A DNA stretch of 64,000 bases from Neoechinorhynchus agilis (taxonomy: Eukaryota > Animalia > Acanthocephala): assembly GCA_051530055.1 (NCBI GenBank), contig CM121342.1:8447480-8511479 (forward strand), written 5' to 3'. A program made the translations under genes and the position numbers. Numbering within the stretch: the first letter of the stretch is position 1; the number at the start of each line of letters is the position of its first letter. Positions 34,233-46,394 of this stretch are shown here, piece after piece. A model generated the notes under the pieces. That model ran no database searches, had not been told where the DNA came from, and saw only the letters and a program-made list of their open reading frames with translations.

Positions 34233-34386
34233 GCTGAGTTATACATCCCGTAGTTGTGTCGAGGTGGTCAAGTGGACTAATGCCCTTGGTCCCAGTTTAG
34301 GGTCAACTGGTTTGAATCCGTTACCACCAATGACGCACAACCAAAGGAGAGGAAATACCGCTGAAGGGAAGAAACTCACTGATGAG
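34233..34386 (+). repeat. tRNA-like SINE-type repeat, copy 2
   Basis: GCTGAGTT..TACAT..GTAGTTGTG..GGTGGTCAAGTGGACT...GGTTTGAATCC...AATGACGCA.AACCAAAGG.GAGGAAATACC.CTGAAGGGA.GAAACTCAC.GATGAG, colinear with 23547-23702. Confidence 0.55.
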
Positions 34387-34422
34387 TCCTGCAAGCATTA
34401 TTATTTAGAGATTAACATAAAT

Positions 34423-36822
34423 ATGTCCCAAGAACGAAGAAATGATCAAAATAAAGAACAAGCGTCTTCAATTGCCGAACCTGATAGTAAGAAACAATCT
34501 ATTGATACAACAGTCGGACTAAACCTTCATTTGGGAACAACTGAGCCGCTTGATCAAGGGCGATCATCCCATGACTTAGCAGTCACTGGACACGTCGAAG
34601 TGGCACAATCTACATCACTGCATCTACATCAAGCACAACCAGAATCAGTTGTCCATTCTGTCCACCACAACGAAGAACGTCATCCGGAAACACCGCAGAG
34701 AAAACGTAGTCTTCAAGTGGAAGCTACGGCCGAGGAACAGCGAACTTATGGCACGTCTTCAACCGCCAAGCGTTTTCGGATACCTGCTGAAATGACTACA
34801 CGAGTGCAGCCGCAGCAAAAAGTATTGATTCAACCTGATATCCGCCAAAAAAACCGGGGGGGAAAATGACGACCAAAGTTATATAACAGGACATCAGGAA
34901 GCGGGAGAACGAAAACGATGCCATGCAGGAGAAAATTCGGAATCAAATATACCGACAATTAAGACATCACCAGCAAGCAAGAGATCACGAGGACTGCTAG
35001 AACAATTTGAAAGAGCGCAGCCTAGTGTTAGTCGGAGAACGTTGACACCGTTGCCGCAACCTCACGCTCAGAATCAACAAGTGTTTATGAATCCCTGAAT
35101 ACAATCCGCTGGTCAGGGTGGAAATTATGATTCGGCCCAAAATCTCCAGTTTCCATCCCAACAAACGTCTAGAGAAAATTATGGGCAAGCGCGGCGAATA
35201 ACAATGACTGCTGCAATGCAATCTGCTGGTCAATACGGAAATTATACTCCGGCGCCGAATCCACAAGGCCCATCCCAAAAAACGCCCCAAAAATACTATG
35301 GGCACGCGCAGCCAATGGCAATGAATGCTGCAATGCGATCTAGTGGTCAAGGAGGGTATTATATTCCGGCGCCAAATCAACAGGTCCCACCACAACAAAC
35401 GCTTCCAAGAGACCATGGGCAAGCGCAGCGAATGGCAATGACTGCTGCAATGCAATCTGCTGGTCAATGCAGAAACTATACTCCGGCGCCGAATCTACAG
35501 GGCCCACCCCACCAAACGCCTCAAGGATATTACGGGCAAGTGCAGCGAGTGCAAACGAATGCTGGAGTGCCGACCGCTGGTCCAGGCGGATATAATATTC
35601 CGGCATCGAATCCACGAGGCCCACCCCAACGAACGCCTCGAGGATATTATGGGCAAGTGCAGCGAGTGCAAATGAATGCTGGAGTGCCGACCGCTGGTCA
35701 AGGCGGATATAATATTCCGCTATCGAATCCACAGGGCCCACCCCAACAAACGCCTCAAGGATATTACGGGCGAGTGCAAATGAATGCTGGAGTGCCGACC
35801 GCTGGTCAAGGCGGATATAATATTCCGGTATCAAATCCACAGGACCCACCCCAACAAACGCCCCAAGGATGTTATGGGCAAGTACTGCGTATGCCCATGA
35901 ATTCCGGAGTACCGGCCACTGGTCAAGGCGGATATTATATTCCGGTACTGAATCCACAGGACCCACCCCAGCAGATTAATATCCAACGTTCCGGACAAGT
36001 GCAGGGAATGCCAATGAATGCGGGGGTGCCGACCGCTCGTCAACGCGGATATTTTTCTCGGGCGCCCAATCCACAAGGTCAGTCCCAACAGATGAATATC
36101 CAACGTTCCGGACAAGTGCAGCAAATGCCAACGATTGCTAGAATACCGACCGCAAGTGAAGGTGGATATCCGATGATCGGACAGCGTCGTCAAATTCCCC
36201 TTCAACAGATACCACCTCAACAGTTGATAAAGGATCAACGATTGTCAGTAGGAAATGTAATGCAGGCTACTGCCCAAATCCGCATTTTCCAAATCAACCG
36301 ATGAATTTTAAACAGTATAGACAAGTGCAGGGAATGCCATTTGATTGCCGGGCGCCTATAATTCCAAGAAATCTTCAATTGCAATTTCCGGCACATCAGC
36401 AGGCCCTAACCCAGCAATTGGTACAAATAAATCAGATGCCGATGAATTTTAGGGCACCGACTTATGATCAAGTTCCAATCGTGATGAGCGATTCGCGATC
36501 GCAAGTTTCCACCCAGCAGGATCCTCAAATACAAGAGTAACCTTCAAAAAATCAGCGGACAGAACAGGAATCTATCTCAAATATATCGCAGCACCAATGT
36601 GAGCAACCCGGAGCTGCTCAAGAAAGTCGCCAGAATAATGTTTCCCTTCGGCAACGGTTGGACAGGAAGCGATGCTTTCCTCAAGTTGAAGAATTTATGG
36701 AAGATCGTGGAATCGAGACTCAAACCACATCAAAGAGACCACGGATTCCGGTGGACAAAGCGACGGTCAAAAAAGGCGGCATGCCCGTACAGCCAATAAA
36801 TGAAGGAAACTTATGGGCATAG
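34423..36822 (+). pseudogene. Low-complexity Q/P/G/Y-rich protein gene with ten 39-aa repeats, disrupted
   Basis: ATG at 34423. Frameshift in an A/G run near 34860, TGA at 35096-35098, open frame 35204-36304, frameshift near 36250, TAA at 36538-36540, and a continuing frame to TAG at 36820-36822. 117-bp repeat starts at 35087, 35204, 35321, 35438, 35555, 35672, 35780, 35897, 36014 and 36131. Confidence 0.7.
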
Positions 36823-36845
36823 CAAAAAGGGCGATGTGCTTCTAC

Positions 36846-37480
36846 CTGGCATAAAGCCGCGCTGGGCTTCGCTGATTTGGATCTCCTCCCCAATCCTATT
36901 GTCAACCATTCGCTTCCACAATTTCATTGTGTGGGACATCAGCTTGATGCCACCGTAATTGCTACACCGCAGAATATTTCCTTTACCCTTAAAAATCGGC
37001 ACAAGTATGCTTCTTTGCCATGCTGGCGGAATCTTTTGCTCGGTATCTATCTTTCGAAAGTCTAGTAAGCAGTTTGACTCCGAAGGCGTCCAAACATTTC
37101 CATAACTAAATCGGGATGTTATCTGGACGGGCACTCTTACCAATCTTCATCTTTCTGATCTGCGTTGCGACGTCATCGTATGAATACGGTTTAGCCATAT
37201 TGATATTCGGCTGTACTTGTTCAATAGGCAATCTTTTATTCTCTCTGTTCAGGAGGGATCCGAAGTACTCCTTTCATCTGTTCAAAATATCGTTGTCTTG
37301 ATCAAGCATCCTACCCTCACTGTCGTTGATCATTTTGTGTCGTACGATGTCCCTAGACCTTTTGTCCCGGATTTTGGCCAACTTGAAGATAATATCCCTC
37401 CAATCATCTCTCTCCAGCTGGTCATATAGTTCTTGATCGGCTTCCCTCTTTGCTTTGGCGCATTCTCGGGATGCCCCGAG
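36846..37480 (-). mobile_element. RTE-clade LINE fragment
   Basis: WQRSILVPIFKGKGNILRCSNYGGIKLMSHTMKLWKRMVDNRI...QRGFMPGRST. Homologous to 4720-5350. Confidence 0.85.
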
Positions 37481-37854
37481 ACCTGATTTGGAAAAGCATC
37501 GCTTCCAATTTATTTAATGAGGTGGAAAGAGAGAGAGCAACGAAGGGGCAAAAGTGGACTATTTCTCGAATAACGCCTTTAGAATTACTTTCTTTACTTG
37601 TGGTTCTTCAATTCTATTGCTGAACATTTAAGCATTGCTGAGATTTTGGAAATAATTTTTCCCGAATTTTCGAATGCTCGCATAAATCTTGTAGAAAAAA
37701 AAACACATTTTAGTTTTATGAACCTTTGATTGTTAATGTGAATGTGGATTCAGTCATATCTTTATGTTGCGTTGAAAAGAATTAATTGTACCTTGGGTTA
37801 AATGGTAATAATAACATATTTTATTGTTTTATGAAGATTGGCCAGCCGGTAATT

Positions 37855-38034
37855 TATATCGATGTGTTTAATATTATGACACGGCTGTTAATTTTTGGGC
37901 ACACAGCCCACCGACCTGGTTCAGAGTAGTAATTCAATTACTCAAAGCACTGAACCATCCTACTCTGAACCAGGTCGGTGGGCTGTGTGTCCAAAAATTA
38001 ACAGCCGTGTCATAATAGGCCACACATCGATATA
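37855..38034. repeat. Foldback / MITE-like inverted repeat (58-bp near-perfect arms, about 75 bp including the imperfect outer part, 30-nt spacer)
   Basis: 37872-37929 versus 37960-38017 has a single mismatch. An outer TATATCGATGTGT / ACACATCGATATA pair extends the arms. Confidence 0.9.
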
Positions 38035-38249
38035 TTTTATTGTTACAAACAGAGAAACCATGTACCACTGGGTCCTCGCGAGCACTCTAGTTCTAATTTG
38101 TCAAACGAATGCGGTTGTTCATTTTGAAGAGGATTACGGGTTCGGTCGGGTGGGAATATCCGGTCGGTGGGTGCCTCTTCGTGTTAATATCCGGTCGGGG
38201 GATGTCCGTTCGGGTGGGAATTGGTGTTGATTTCCGATCTTTCCTCCGA

Positions 38250-39480
38250 ATCAATTCGCATTTGGAGGATTGGGCAGTAAAGAGGAAAAAGCGGAGGTAG
38301 AGATTTGTGCGAGGAACTGAAGGATGAAATTTTTTGGGACGACGAGTGTTGTAAGTATGAGTAAAAGGAGAAATTTGCGGTAGAAATTGAGACGGAAGAG
38401 AATGAAGGCACTTTGAGTGTTTTTGAAAGATTAGATAGAGGTGTTTTTCTAAAGGCACGAGTTCGGTGGCGAAGATTAGAGCGCATCTCTTGTGAAAGTG
38501 TTATGTTTTATAAAAAGGTTGGATATGCGTAGATGAGCGTTGGTAGGATTGCGAAGTTATACAAGTACTTAAGGTCTTTGGATAATAATCCAAGAAATTG
38601 GAGGCGTTTGAGAAGATAGAGTTTATTGGACCCTCTGTTCAACGAAATTGATATGTGCTTGTCCTACTTTAGATTTTCTTGAAAATGAAGACCAAGTATA
38701 CGAACAGAGGAGACACGATTGATAGGAAACAAAAAGCAGCTGATCGGAAGGGCTATTTGAGATTGAGGGGACGATTTCGAAGCACTTAGTTAAGGATAAG
38801 ATATTTCGAGGAGTAAAATGTTTGAACGTGAGAAATCTTGTTAGAAGTAATTGAGAGTGAGGGGAGAGCCGGCGCCTGCATAAAGATTGTGAGATCATCC
38901 ACATACAAGAAGTATTTACAATACGAAAAGGATGGAATAATATCGTTCAGAAAAATGTTGAAAAGAATGGGGGAGAGAAAAGCCCCTTGTGGGATTCCTT
39001 AGTTGATTGCTAAGGTGTTAGAGGCGATGATCTCTATTTCGGTAAATTGTAATTTATTGTTTAGAAAGGATTTCGACCATTTTATTTGCCAAGCGGCAAG
39101 ACCAAATTTAGAGTAAGTATCAAGGAGAAGATTGTGATCGAAGGAATCAAAAGCTTTATGAATGTCGATTTGGATGAGTCGAGAAATAAATAAAGGGTGT
39201 GAGTCGAGGTTATGAAGAGAATCGTAGATGCAAAGAAGGGCGTCCGTACAAGAAAAGCCGGGCCGGAAACCGAATTGAATGGGTGGAATTTTTTGATTAA
39301 AGATTTGGGTCTTCAATGAAATGAGGGGTTCGCTGTAGTAGTTCATCGATCTTGGAGATATCGAAGAACAATGTGACTGTGAGGATTCGAATGTCGCGGC
39401 AGCATTTGATTTAAGGTTAGGCGGAGATTGAAGCAATGACTTCCAAGACACATTCCACCTTTGATTAACAGAAATGGATT
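38250..39480 (-). mobile_element. CR1/L2-like LINE, 3' half (RT and C-terminus)
   Basis: QFGFRPGFSCTDAL, IDIHKAFDS, WSKSFLNNKLQF, GIPQG..LSPILFNIFLND, and the C-terminal HTYNTRR motif. Confidence 0.88.
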
Positions 39481-39789
39481 TGATATATTGCTAAATAACG
39501 CGACGTTGGAGGCCTAAAGCTGATGCCTTGTCTAAAATCCACTTCTCATGGGCACGCTTTTATATCATATTTAATTGGTTCTATAATGTTAGATTTTTTA
39601 GGATAAAATATATTACAAAAATGATCAAGGCATCTTTATTGATATCCAGTTCAGTCTTCAGTCCAATAGTATAGAGATTTCTAGTGAATTTTAAAAAATC
39701 AACAATATTTTTCAAAGATAAAGGATTAATTAAAATAACATTTTTGGTATTCATTCATTCTATTTTTTCCACCTTGGCAGCTTAGTTTA

Positions 39790-40125
39790 CCCTCGCAGTA
39801 AGCAACATTCCTTACTCTCTCGAAATCGCTGGAGGTGCAGCCAGTGCAGCGGAAGGGAGGAAGGTACGAAAATATAGAGAATTAGCAAGGGCCCACTATG
39901 TTGTCCCCTTCGGAGTTCGGCACTCACTCTGCTCCAGGATTTCTCGAAGAAATTGAGAGAAACGACCGGCGACGAACTAGCGGGTGTATTCCTGGGACAA
40001 AATATCTCGCTTGCAGTACAACGAGGCAATGCTGCTGGCGTGATAGCGACAGCCGACGAAGCAGAGAAGCTAAGATTTTGCGGACGGTGGTGATTGCATA
40101 AGAACTAACAAAAAAACATTCTTTT
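39790..40125 (+). mobile_element. CRE-clade element 3' end, abutting the promoter of kinase copy 3
   Basis: Near-identical to 53045-53395, with an internal deletion (ACCCTCGCAGTAAGCAACATTCC ... TTTTGCGGACGGTGGTGATTG..AGAACTAAC). Confidence 0.85.
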
Positions 40126-40512
40126 TGGGAAAACATTTTTCGTCCTAATTCAATTTTTATCCGAAGTTCAAGCGATAACTGGGAGATTCCGACAATTCGC
40201 GATTACTTTCATTTACCTTATCGACCGAGCAGTTGAAGCATTGGATCGCGAATGGAAGGTGGGCCAATATAAGCATTCGTCTATTTACCTGGTCAATGAT
40301 TATGACACAAAACGTTGGCCAAAACACTGCTCAAGACTAGGACATCACATGGACTGGCATGAACTGCAATAATATTTTCAAAACAATGTCATCAATAAAC
40401 AAGTGGGTATAAAAGCTGCTGAGATCAATGTTTGAAGACTGTGTGAATTTAAGGATCCACTTGCGAGCTATTTGAATCGAGACTACAATTTTAAACTCAT
40501 CTCTCTTCGTTC

Positions 40513-41656
40513 ATGGTTCAAATTGCGATCGAGAATATCAAGCGAGCGGGAGTTCTCGGACACGATAATAAAGTTTATATCTTGGGAGATTTAATTTGTG
40601 AAAGCAGTTTCGGGGAAGTTCTCAAATGAAAACAGAGGGGACCAAAAAGCAACCTTGCAGTTAAAATATTAAAGAACGCCATTGGGGACTTCGACATGGA
40701 TGATTGCGAATTCACGATGTTTAATGCCATAAAAGAGGTTGATGGAGAACGAGCTAATATCGCAGTGTCCCTCGAAATGTTTAAGTAATGCAGTCATCCG
40801 TGCATGATTCTTGAACACTACGAAATGGTAAACACATTTGGACCAACGCCAAACAATCGGTTGTTTTCCTTGGTATAACCAAATGTTGCAAGCATTGGAG
40901 AAGCTAAAAGATCTTCATGGAGATCTCAAGCTAGGAAATATTATGATGGCCAATTGTCTAGGTAAACCTGAACAATTCAAACTCATTGATTTTGGTCTTG
41001 CCGTACAACTACGAAACCAAGAGTCTCTCTATGGATACCTCCAAACTTCGTACTATCGAGCTCCGGAAATGATCGTGGGTTTACCCATCGCTAAATCAAT
41101 CGACATGAAGAGCCTTGGTTGCACTATCGGGGAACTCGCGGTTGGGAGGCCAATGTTTCCAGGGAGTGATGATTATGAAACACTGGTTAGAATAACGATA
41201 ACAAGAGGTGTTATCCCGAATGCGGTCCTTGATAATGGAGTACGGACATTGCTATACTATAATAGGACAATCAACGGAGATGGATGGGTGCTGAAATCTC
41301 CATTGGAAAGGGGAATCTTTCCGCCGAACAACAGTGCGCTGCATCTACCGTTAGTGTCGTTGGCTCAAGAAGATCCGCAAAACACCAACAAGTTTTTGGC
41401 AATGCTGGGTCACCTGCTTGAACTTATCCCCGAGAGTCGAGGTGATCCCACGGTCGGCATCAAACAAAAATGGAGACGTCGCTCAAATTTCCGGATAACG
41501 AGCGGCGATCATTTTCGTATTTTCTACGAAGAAAAGAATCAGAATGATTTTGTGGAGGTGAGCATTAACGGAAAAGGTAAATATTCGGAAACGTTGTTAG
41601 CAACAAAATATTTGGTTTTTAGGGCGAAAACGTTCCTTATCCTACAAAAACGATAA
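40513..41656 (+). pseudogene. HIPK-like kinase copy 3
   Basis: ATG at 40513, in-frame TGA at 40627-40629 and TAA at 40786-40788, deletions, HGDLKLGN, DMKSLG, and the alternative C-terminus. Confidence 0.9.
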
Positions 41657-43169
41657 GGTGTTCATCCAAATATTTATTCCGAAACATCAACATTTTGTTT
41701 TTATCGAATACTTGAAACCATTCTTTTCAATCTAAACTTAGAAAAACATTGTATCAAAAATGAAGTTTGTTAACGATTTAAGAGACAATCTATTACCCAA
41801 TTCCCAAACAGTCGAAGTAAAAATTATTTCAATAATGTTTTTATTTCGCAGAAAAATTGAAGTAATTTATTTTCTTACACTGACTTTGATTAATGTGCCG
41901 AATTTTCGAAACTCCAGCTGCATTCAAAAAATTCGAGGCTGTCTTAAAAATTTGAGATATAATCAAAATTGTAAATTTCAAGAATACTTCGTTGCTGCGA
42001 ATTCGCCATTCAATACAACACATATTTTTTATTTCTAAGAACCAAACCTAACAAGGCGGAAAAATTGACGGCGCAAAAATTACCCGAAAATTCGTTTTGT
42101 TTCCTTCATGAAAATGCGTGAAATTTAGAAGGGCGATTATGAATTTATCAGCATATCGCAAAAAGTGAAAAATTCAATGGTCTATTGAAACTTAACAAAA
42201 ATTCTCCTGTGTCAAATTTGAATCAAACGCTCATATAAGAAGCTTTACAGAGATTTTTTATATGAATAAAAGTAATTTTATTCATTGTTTCGTCATCTAC
42301 GCGGAATTTCAACCAAAACTCACAGATTCACTTTTTGGTTTAGAAGGCAGCGGGAAACTACTGATGGATTTTGAGATCATTTGTCAATTGGAGATTATCC
42401 ATTAGTTCGTGTCTTTATCCTGATAAATTCAGCTAGAGATTAAGAATTTCTAGAAATCTAGACGGGTGCTTTGCACTGATTTCCCATTCTCCATCTTTGG
42501 ACGCCAACATAACAGGGAATGAAGACCTTAAGCCCCTGCGGCTGCCACTAAGATCTGATCGCATGTTACCGAGATCTTATTGGTTTGCCTTAGAAATCCA
42601 CACCGTCCATGGCAAAACTAGGATTTGAAATGATGATTAAGAATGACGATTGCAGCAGTCGGCGGAGTTCCAGTCTCCGTTGATTCTGGATCACCGTCGA
42701 GGATTTGTAATAAAGCAACAGACCTGTCCCCAATCGTAACCGCGAAGAATTCCTGAGGTCCAAACCATCACAGCTTTGCAAGGTATTATTAGCCTACTTC
42801 AGTGTTTCCTATTACGGAGAAGCGGGGTCTGATTTCTGATAATATGGTTCTCGTGGTCCACAATTTCACCTTCGCTCAATTTAATCGGCTATTTCTCCGA
42901 GCGGCGAACCTCGCGATTCGCCGCTCGACATAAAAAGAGTTACGGATTTTCATTTGTTAAATAAGGTCTAAAACCTATTAATCGGATCGTAATTTTTAAG
43001 TATTTCTTCGTGGAAGATGCCGTAGAGAACAAAGGCAAGATTATTGCCAGTTAAACGCATACGCGAGAGTGCGAAGGCACTACCTAAACGTGAAGCGAAA
43101 GTATATGGAGGGGTAAAGGTTGACACGTTAAGAAGCTGTGAAGCGAATGTTTAGCGAAATGATAAATCG

Positions 43170-44110
43170 AGAAAATTAGAAGTGACAGTGGCCAATCACA
43201 CCACGATATGTTCATTTGGATTGCCGTTTCCGGGAGCCTTCAAAATCAAAGTACCGTCTCAGGTTTATGCCAGGAGAATGGATTTGGAGAAAGAAGCTGG
43301 AAGCATTTGGGAGGATTTGGCAAATTTATCCGAGGGAGATACGGTTGCAATGAAGGATATTAAGGTGAAATTACGCTTATCGCGTGAAGCTAACCCGATA
43401 CGATGTCCAGCGAGACGAATACCCTATGTATTGCAAGACCTGGGTAAACGAGAGATTCAAAGATTGGTGGAACGGGAAATTTTGGAAAGCGTGAATATAA
43501 CAGAGAAGTCGAATGGTTGACCCCAATCGTCTTAGTAAGGAAGGATGCTAGGAACATTTAGCCAACATGCGAAAAGTGTTACAGAGATTGCAGGAAACTT
43601 GCGTCAACGTGTGGAGATTCTTGGGAAATGTTCTTGAAGATGGGGTTTGCAGAGCAGATGAGAAGGAAGTCAAAGATTTGGTTTATGCTAGCTCGCCGGT
43701 GGACAAGCAAGAACTAAAACATTTCTTGGAGCAGTGAGTTTTCATGAAAATTTATTCCACAGTTGCAATCCAAGTGTGCTGATCTCTACAAACTATTAAG
43801 AAAGGATCAAAGATGGATCCGGAACCAGAGCTTAAAGAGTTGTTTCAATGCAACATAGAAAGCGGTTGAAGCGATTTGTATTGATATGCGACGTAAGCGA
43901 GAAGGGAGTCCTGCGATGTTCGCACCCAGAAAATTAAGCATGGCCGAAAGTAATTATTCAACGATAGGAAAAGAGGCCTCGCAATTTTCTTTGGAGCCAA
44001 ACGATTCTATCAATACTTTTATGGCCGATTTTTTGAACTAGAGATTGATCACAAACCATCATCATACGTTTTAGTGGTTACAAATGCGATCTCAGCCGAG
44101 ATGTCCACTG
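43170..44110 (+). mobile_element. Ty3/Gypsy pol remnant (RT start to RNase H-like domain)
   Basis: PIRCPARRIPYVLQDLGKREIQRLVEREIL, KRFVLICDVSEKGV and KRFYQYFYGRFFELEIDHKP. Confidence 0.85.
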
Positions 44111-44339
44111 CCATTATACGATATGGTTAGACTTTGGGGCCAAGCGTGCAGGAATCTGGTTTTTTCCATTTTGAATCTAGAACCTCCTTATAAATAGAGA
44201 AGGTTTCTTCAAAAATTCAATTACTTCTGCAAGGACAATATTGGTAAAATAAGATTTAACTTTTTATTCTTTATTTAATAAAATTAATTTTATTCGGCAT
44301 TAAAAAAAGTTATTTCAAATGATAACGAAAAGTTTTAAA

Positions 44340-44915
44340 AACTCGGTACTTCAAATGCGATCGAAAATTTAAAAACTATAAAAACCAAGATTTAGGTGCG
44401 TATACAGCACAGAAATCGATTAAGCTTACAATTTTCAACGAATCCGACAGCGTGAACATCATATTCCTGTGATACTAAAGGAAATTCGCGATTGGATTCT
44501 ATTTGAATGCTTCGATAATTTTTACGCTAACGCTAGTATGTATTTTTGCCATAAATTTGGAAACCCTCCGCCATCTCCAAATTTGGACACGAGTTCTATT
44601 GTCCTTCGCAGGAGAGCGATGATTTGTATGAACATTCGCGTGCAAAACGACGATTTAGCTTAGACGAAAATAGATTGATCTTAACTCAGATTGTCCTCTG
44701 TTGCTCATAAGGATATTAAGGCTGAAAATATTTTGGTGGACGACAGCGACTATGTAAAAGTAACCAAGTTCGAATTCGCTAAATTCTTAAACGAGAAACC
44801 GATGAGTATTTGTCGAATAGCAGAATACGGGGCATAAGAAGTGGACGATATGGATAAAAAACAAGTGGCGATTGGTGAGCACTTGGCGTTTTGGCCTACG
44901 AGCTTCAGATGGAAT
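44340..44915 (+). pseudogene. Decayed PKA/AGC-like kinase
   Basis: DLYEHSRAKRRFSLDENRLILTQIVL, HKDIKAENILVDDSDYVKVTKFEFAK, ICRIAEYGA*E and DW*ALGVLAYEL parallel PKA-C subdomains V-IX (AQIVL, DLKPENLL, VTDFGFAK, CGTPEYLAPE, DWWALGVLIYEM). Confidence 0.75.
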
Positions 44916-45149
44916 GAAGATTCTGGTCAAAGCTCAATACGAGAGGTATAAAGTTCGTGAACGTTTCCCCGGCAATTTTTGACAAATAATATTAACTTTT
45001 GCCACATCAACTGCAAACAAATTTTCGCTGAATTTGCGATTTCTTCGACTAATATCAAGCAACACGAAAAAAGGAGAGCCATTTTTAACCTTTCCGTGCT
45101 TCGAAAATCGCTTTTAGTTGACAAATGTAGTCCAAGTGAGGATCTCATC

Positions 45150-45272
45150 ACAATACCCGCGGCGACTGGAGAGCCAAGATCGACTTCGTTCTTGGCGCAA
45201 AAAATAAGCATTGCGGTGCAGCGGGGCAATGCGACCAGCATTTTGGCCCGCGCCGATGAATGGGAGCGTTGA
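45150..45272 (+). mobile_element. CRE-clade 3' end fragment (different subfamily)
   Basis: ATGEPRSTSFLAQKISIAVQRGNATSIL. Confidence 0.7.
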
Positions 45273-46044
45273 TCATCTGAATTGGAAGTATAAAAGTTCA
45301 AAAGCATTTTGGAAACGGTATATTAACATAGGTATAGAAAACGACAAAAATTTAAATAACAAAGCTTTATCGAATCTCCCTGTCGGTCATTCTTACTAAT
45401 GTCTACGATATCAAATCTTTTGCGACCTCGTAGAGGATAATATGCTTACCAATCGATGGTGTTATTTCTAAAATTAGTAGGATCCTATTATTAGAATAAG
45501 AATATTTGACAGTATTACTCTGCTATTTGTAAAATGTTGTTTTGCTTAATGCTATTGGTAATAAAAAGGAAATTAACTAGTCTTTTATTGCGGGAAAGGG
45601 AGTGTCAATTTGTTTCATTTTATTTTAAAATAACAGGTAAACTCTTTTTTGTTGATCAGCAGACATCCCCTTACCAAAGAAAAAGAAAATTACTCCGGCG
45701 AATGATTTTAATCAATATCTCGAAGATAGATATTATGTTGGCGTCGAAAGATGGAGAATGGGAAATCTGTGCAAAGCACCCTTATAGATTTCTAGAAAAT
45801 CTTAGTCTCTAGCTGGATTTATTAGGATAAAGACACGAAGTAATGGATAATCTCAAATTGACATATGATCTCAAAATGCCTCAGTAGTTTCGCGCCGCCT
45901 TGTAAACCAAAAAAGTGAATCTGTAAGGTTTGGTTCGGATCAAGATTGGGCTCCTCTACGTGGGCCTTCAGAATTTTTTTAGTATTTGGGTAAACAATTC
46001 TGAAGAAATTCCACGTAGATGACGAAACATTGAATACAATTATT

Positions 46045-46394
46045 TTTGTTCATATAAAAAATCTCTGAAAGGCTTCTTATATCAACGTTTGATTCAAATT
46101 CGACGAAGGAATTTTTTGTTAAGTTTCAATAGACCATCGAATTTTTCACTTTTCGCCATATGCCAATAAATTCTAAACCGCTCTTCTAAATTTCACGCAT
46201 TTTGATGAAGGAAATAAAATGAATTTTTGGGTGACTTTTGTGCCTTATGGAAGCAAAGCCACAAAAACCACCATTGAGAAATATTTCTACTGTTTTGATA
46301 TGGCAGAAAAATTGAAGCAATTTATAAGATCCGATATTTCTGGACAATCTTATGCTTTTGTCATGGGTTTTCCTTTAGAAAATTACAAGTAAGC
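46045..46394 (+). pseudogene. Decayed unknown exon X, convergent with kinase copy 4
   Basis: SIDHRIFHFSPYANKF*TALLNFTHFDEGNKMNFWVTFVPYGSKATKTTIEKYFYCFDMAEKLKQFIRSDISGQSYAFVMGFPLENYK, followed by GTAAGC at 46389. Confidence 0.45.

Noticed and set aside
35340-36238. Minus-strand ORFs 35340-35966, 35495-35701, 35831-36238 and 34997-35467 as separate genes
   Set aside because: They are antisense shadows of the 117-bp repeat array.
45640-45660. Tiny GT..AG intron suggesting a micro-intron organism
   Set aside because: This is a single instance in decayed sequence with no transcript evidence, so no taxonomic inference is made.
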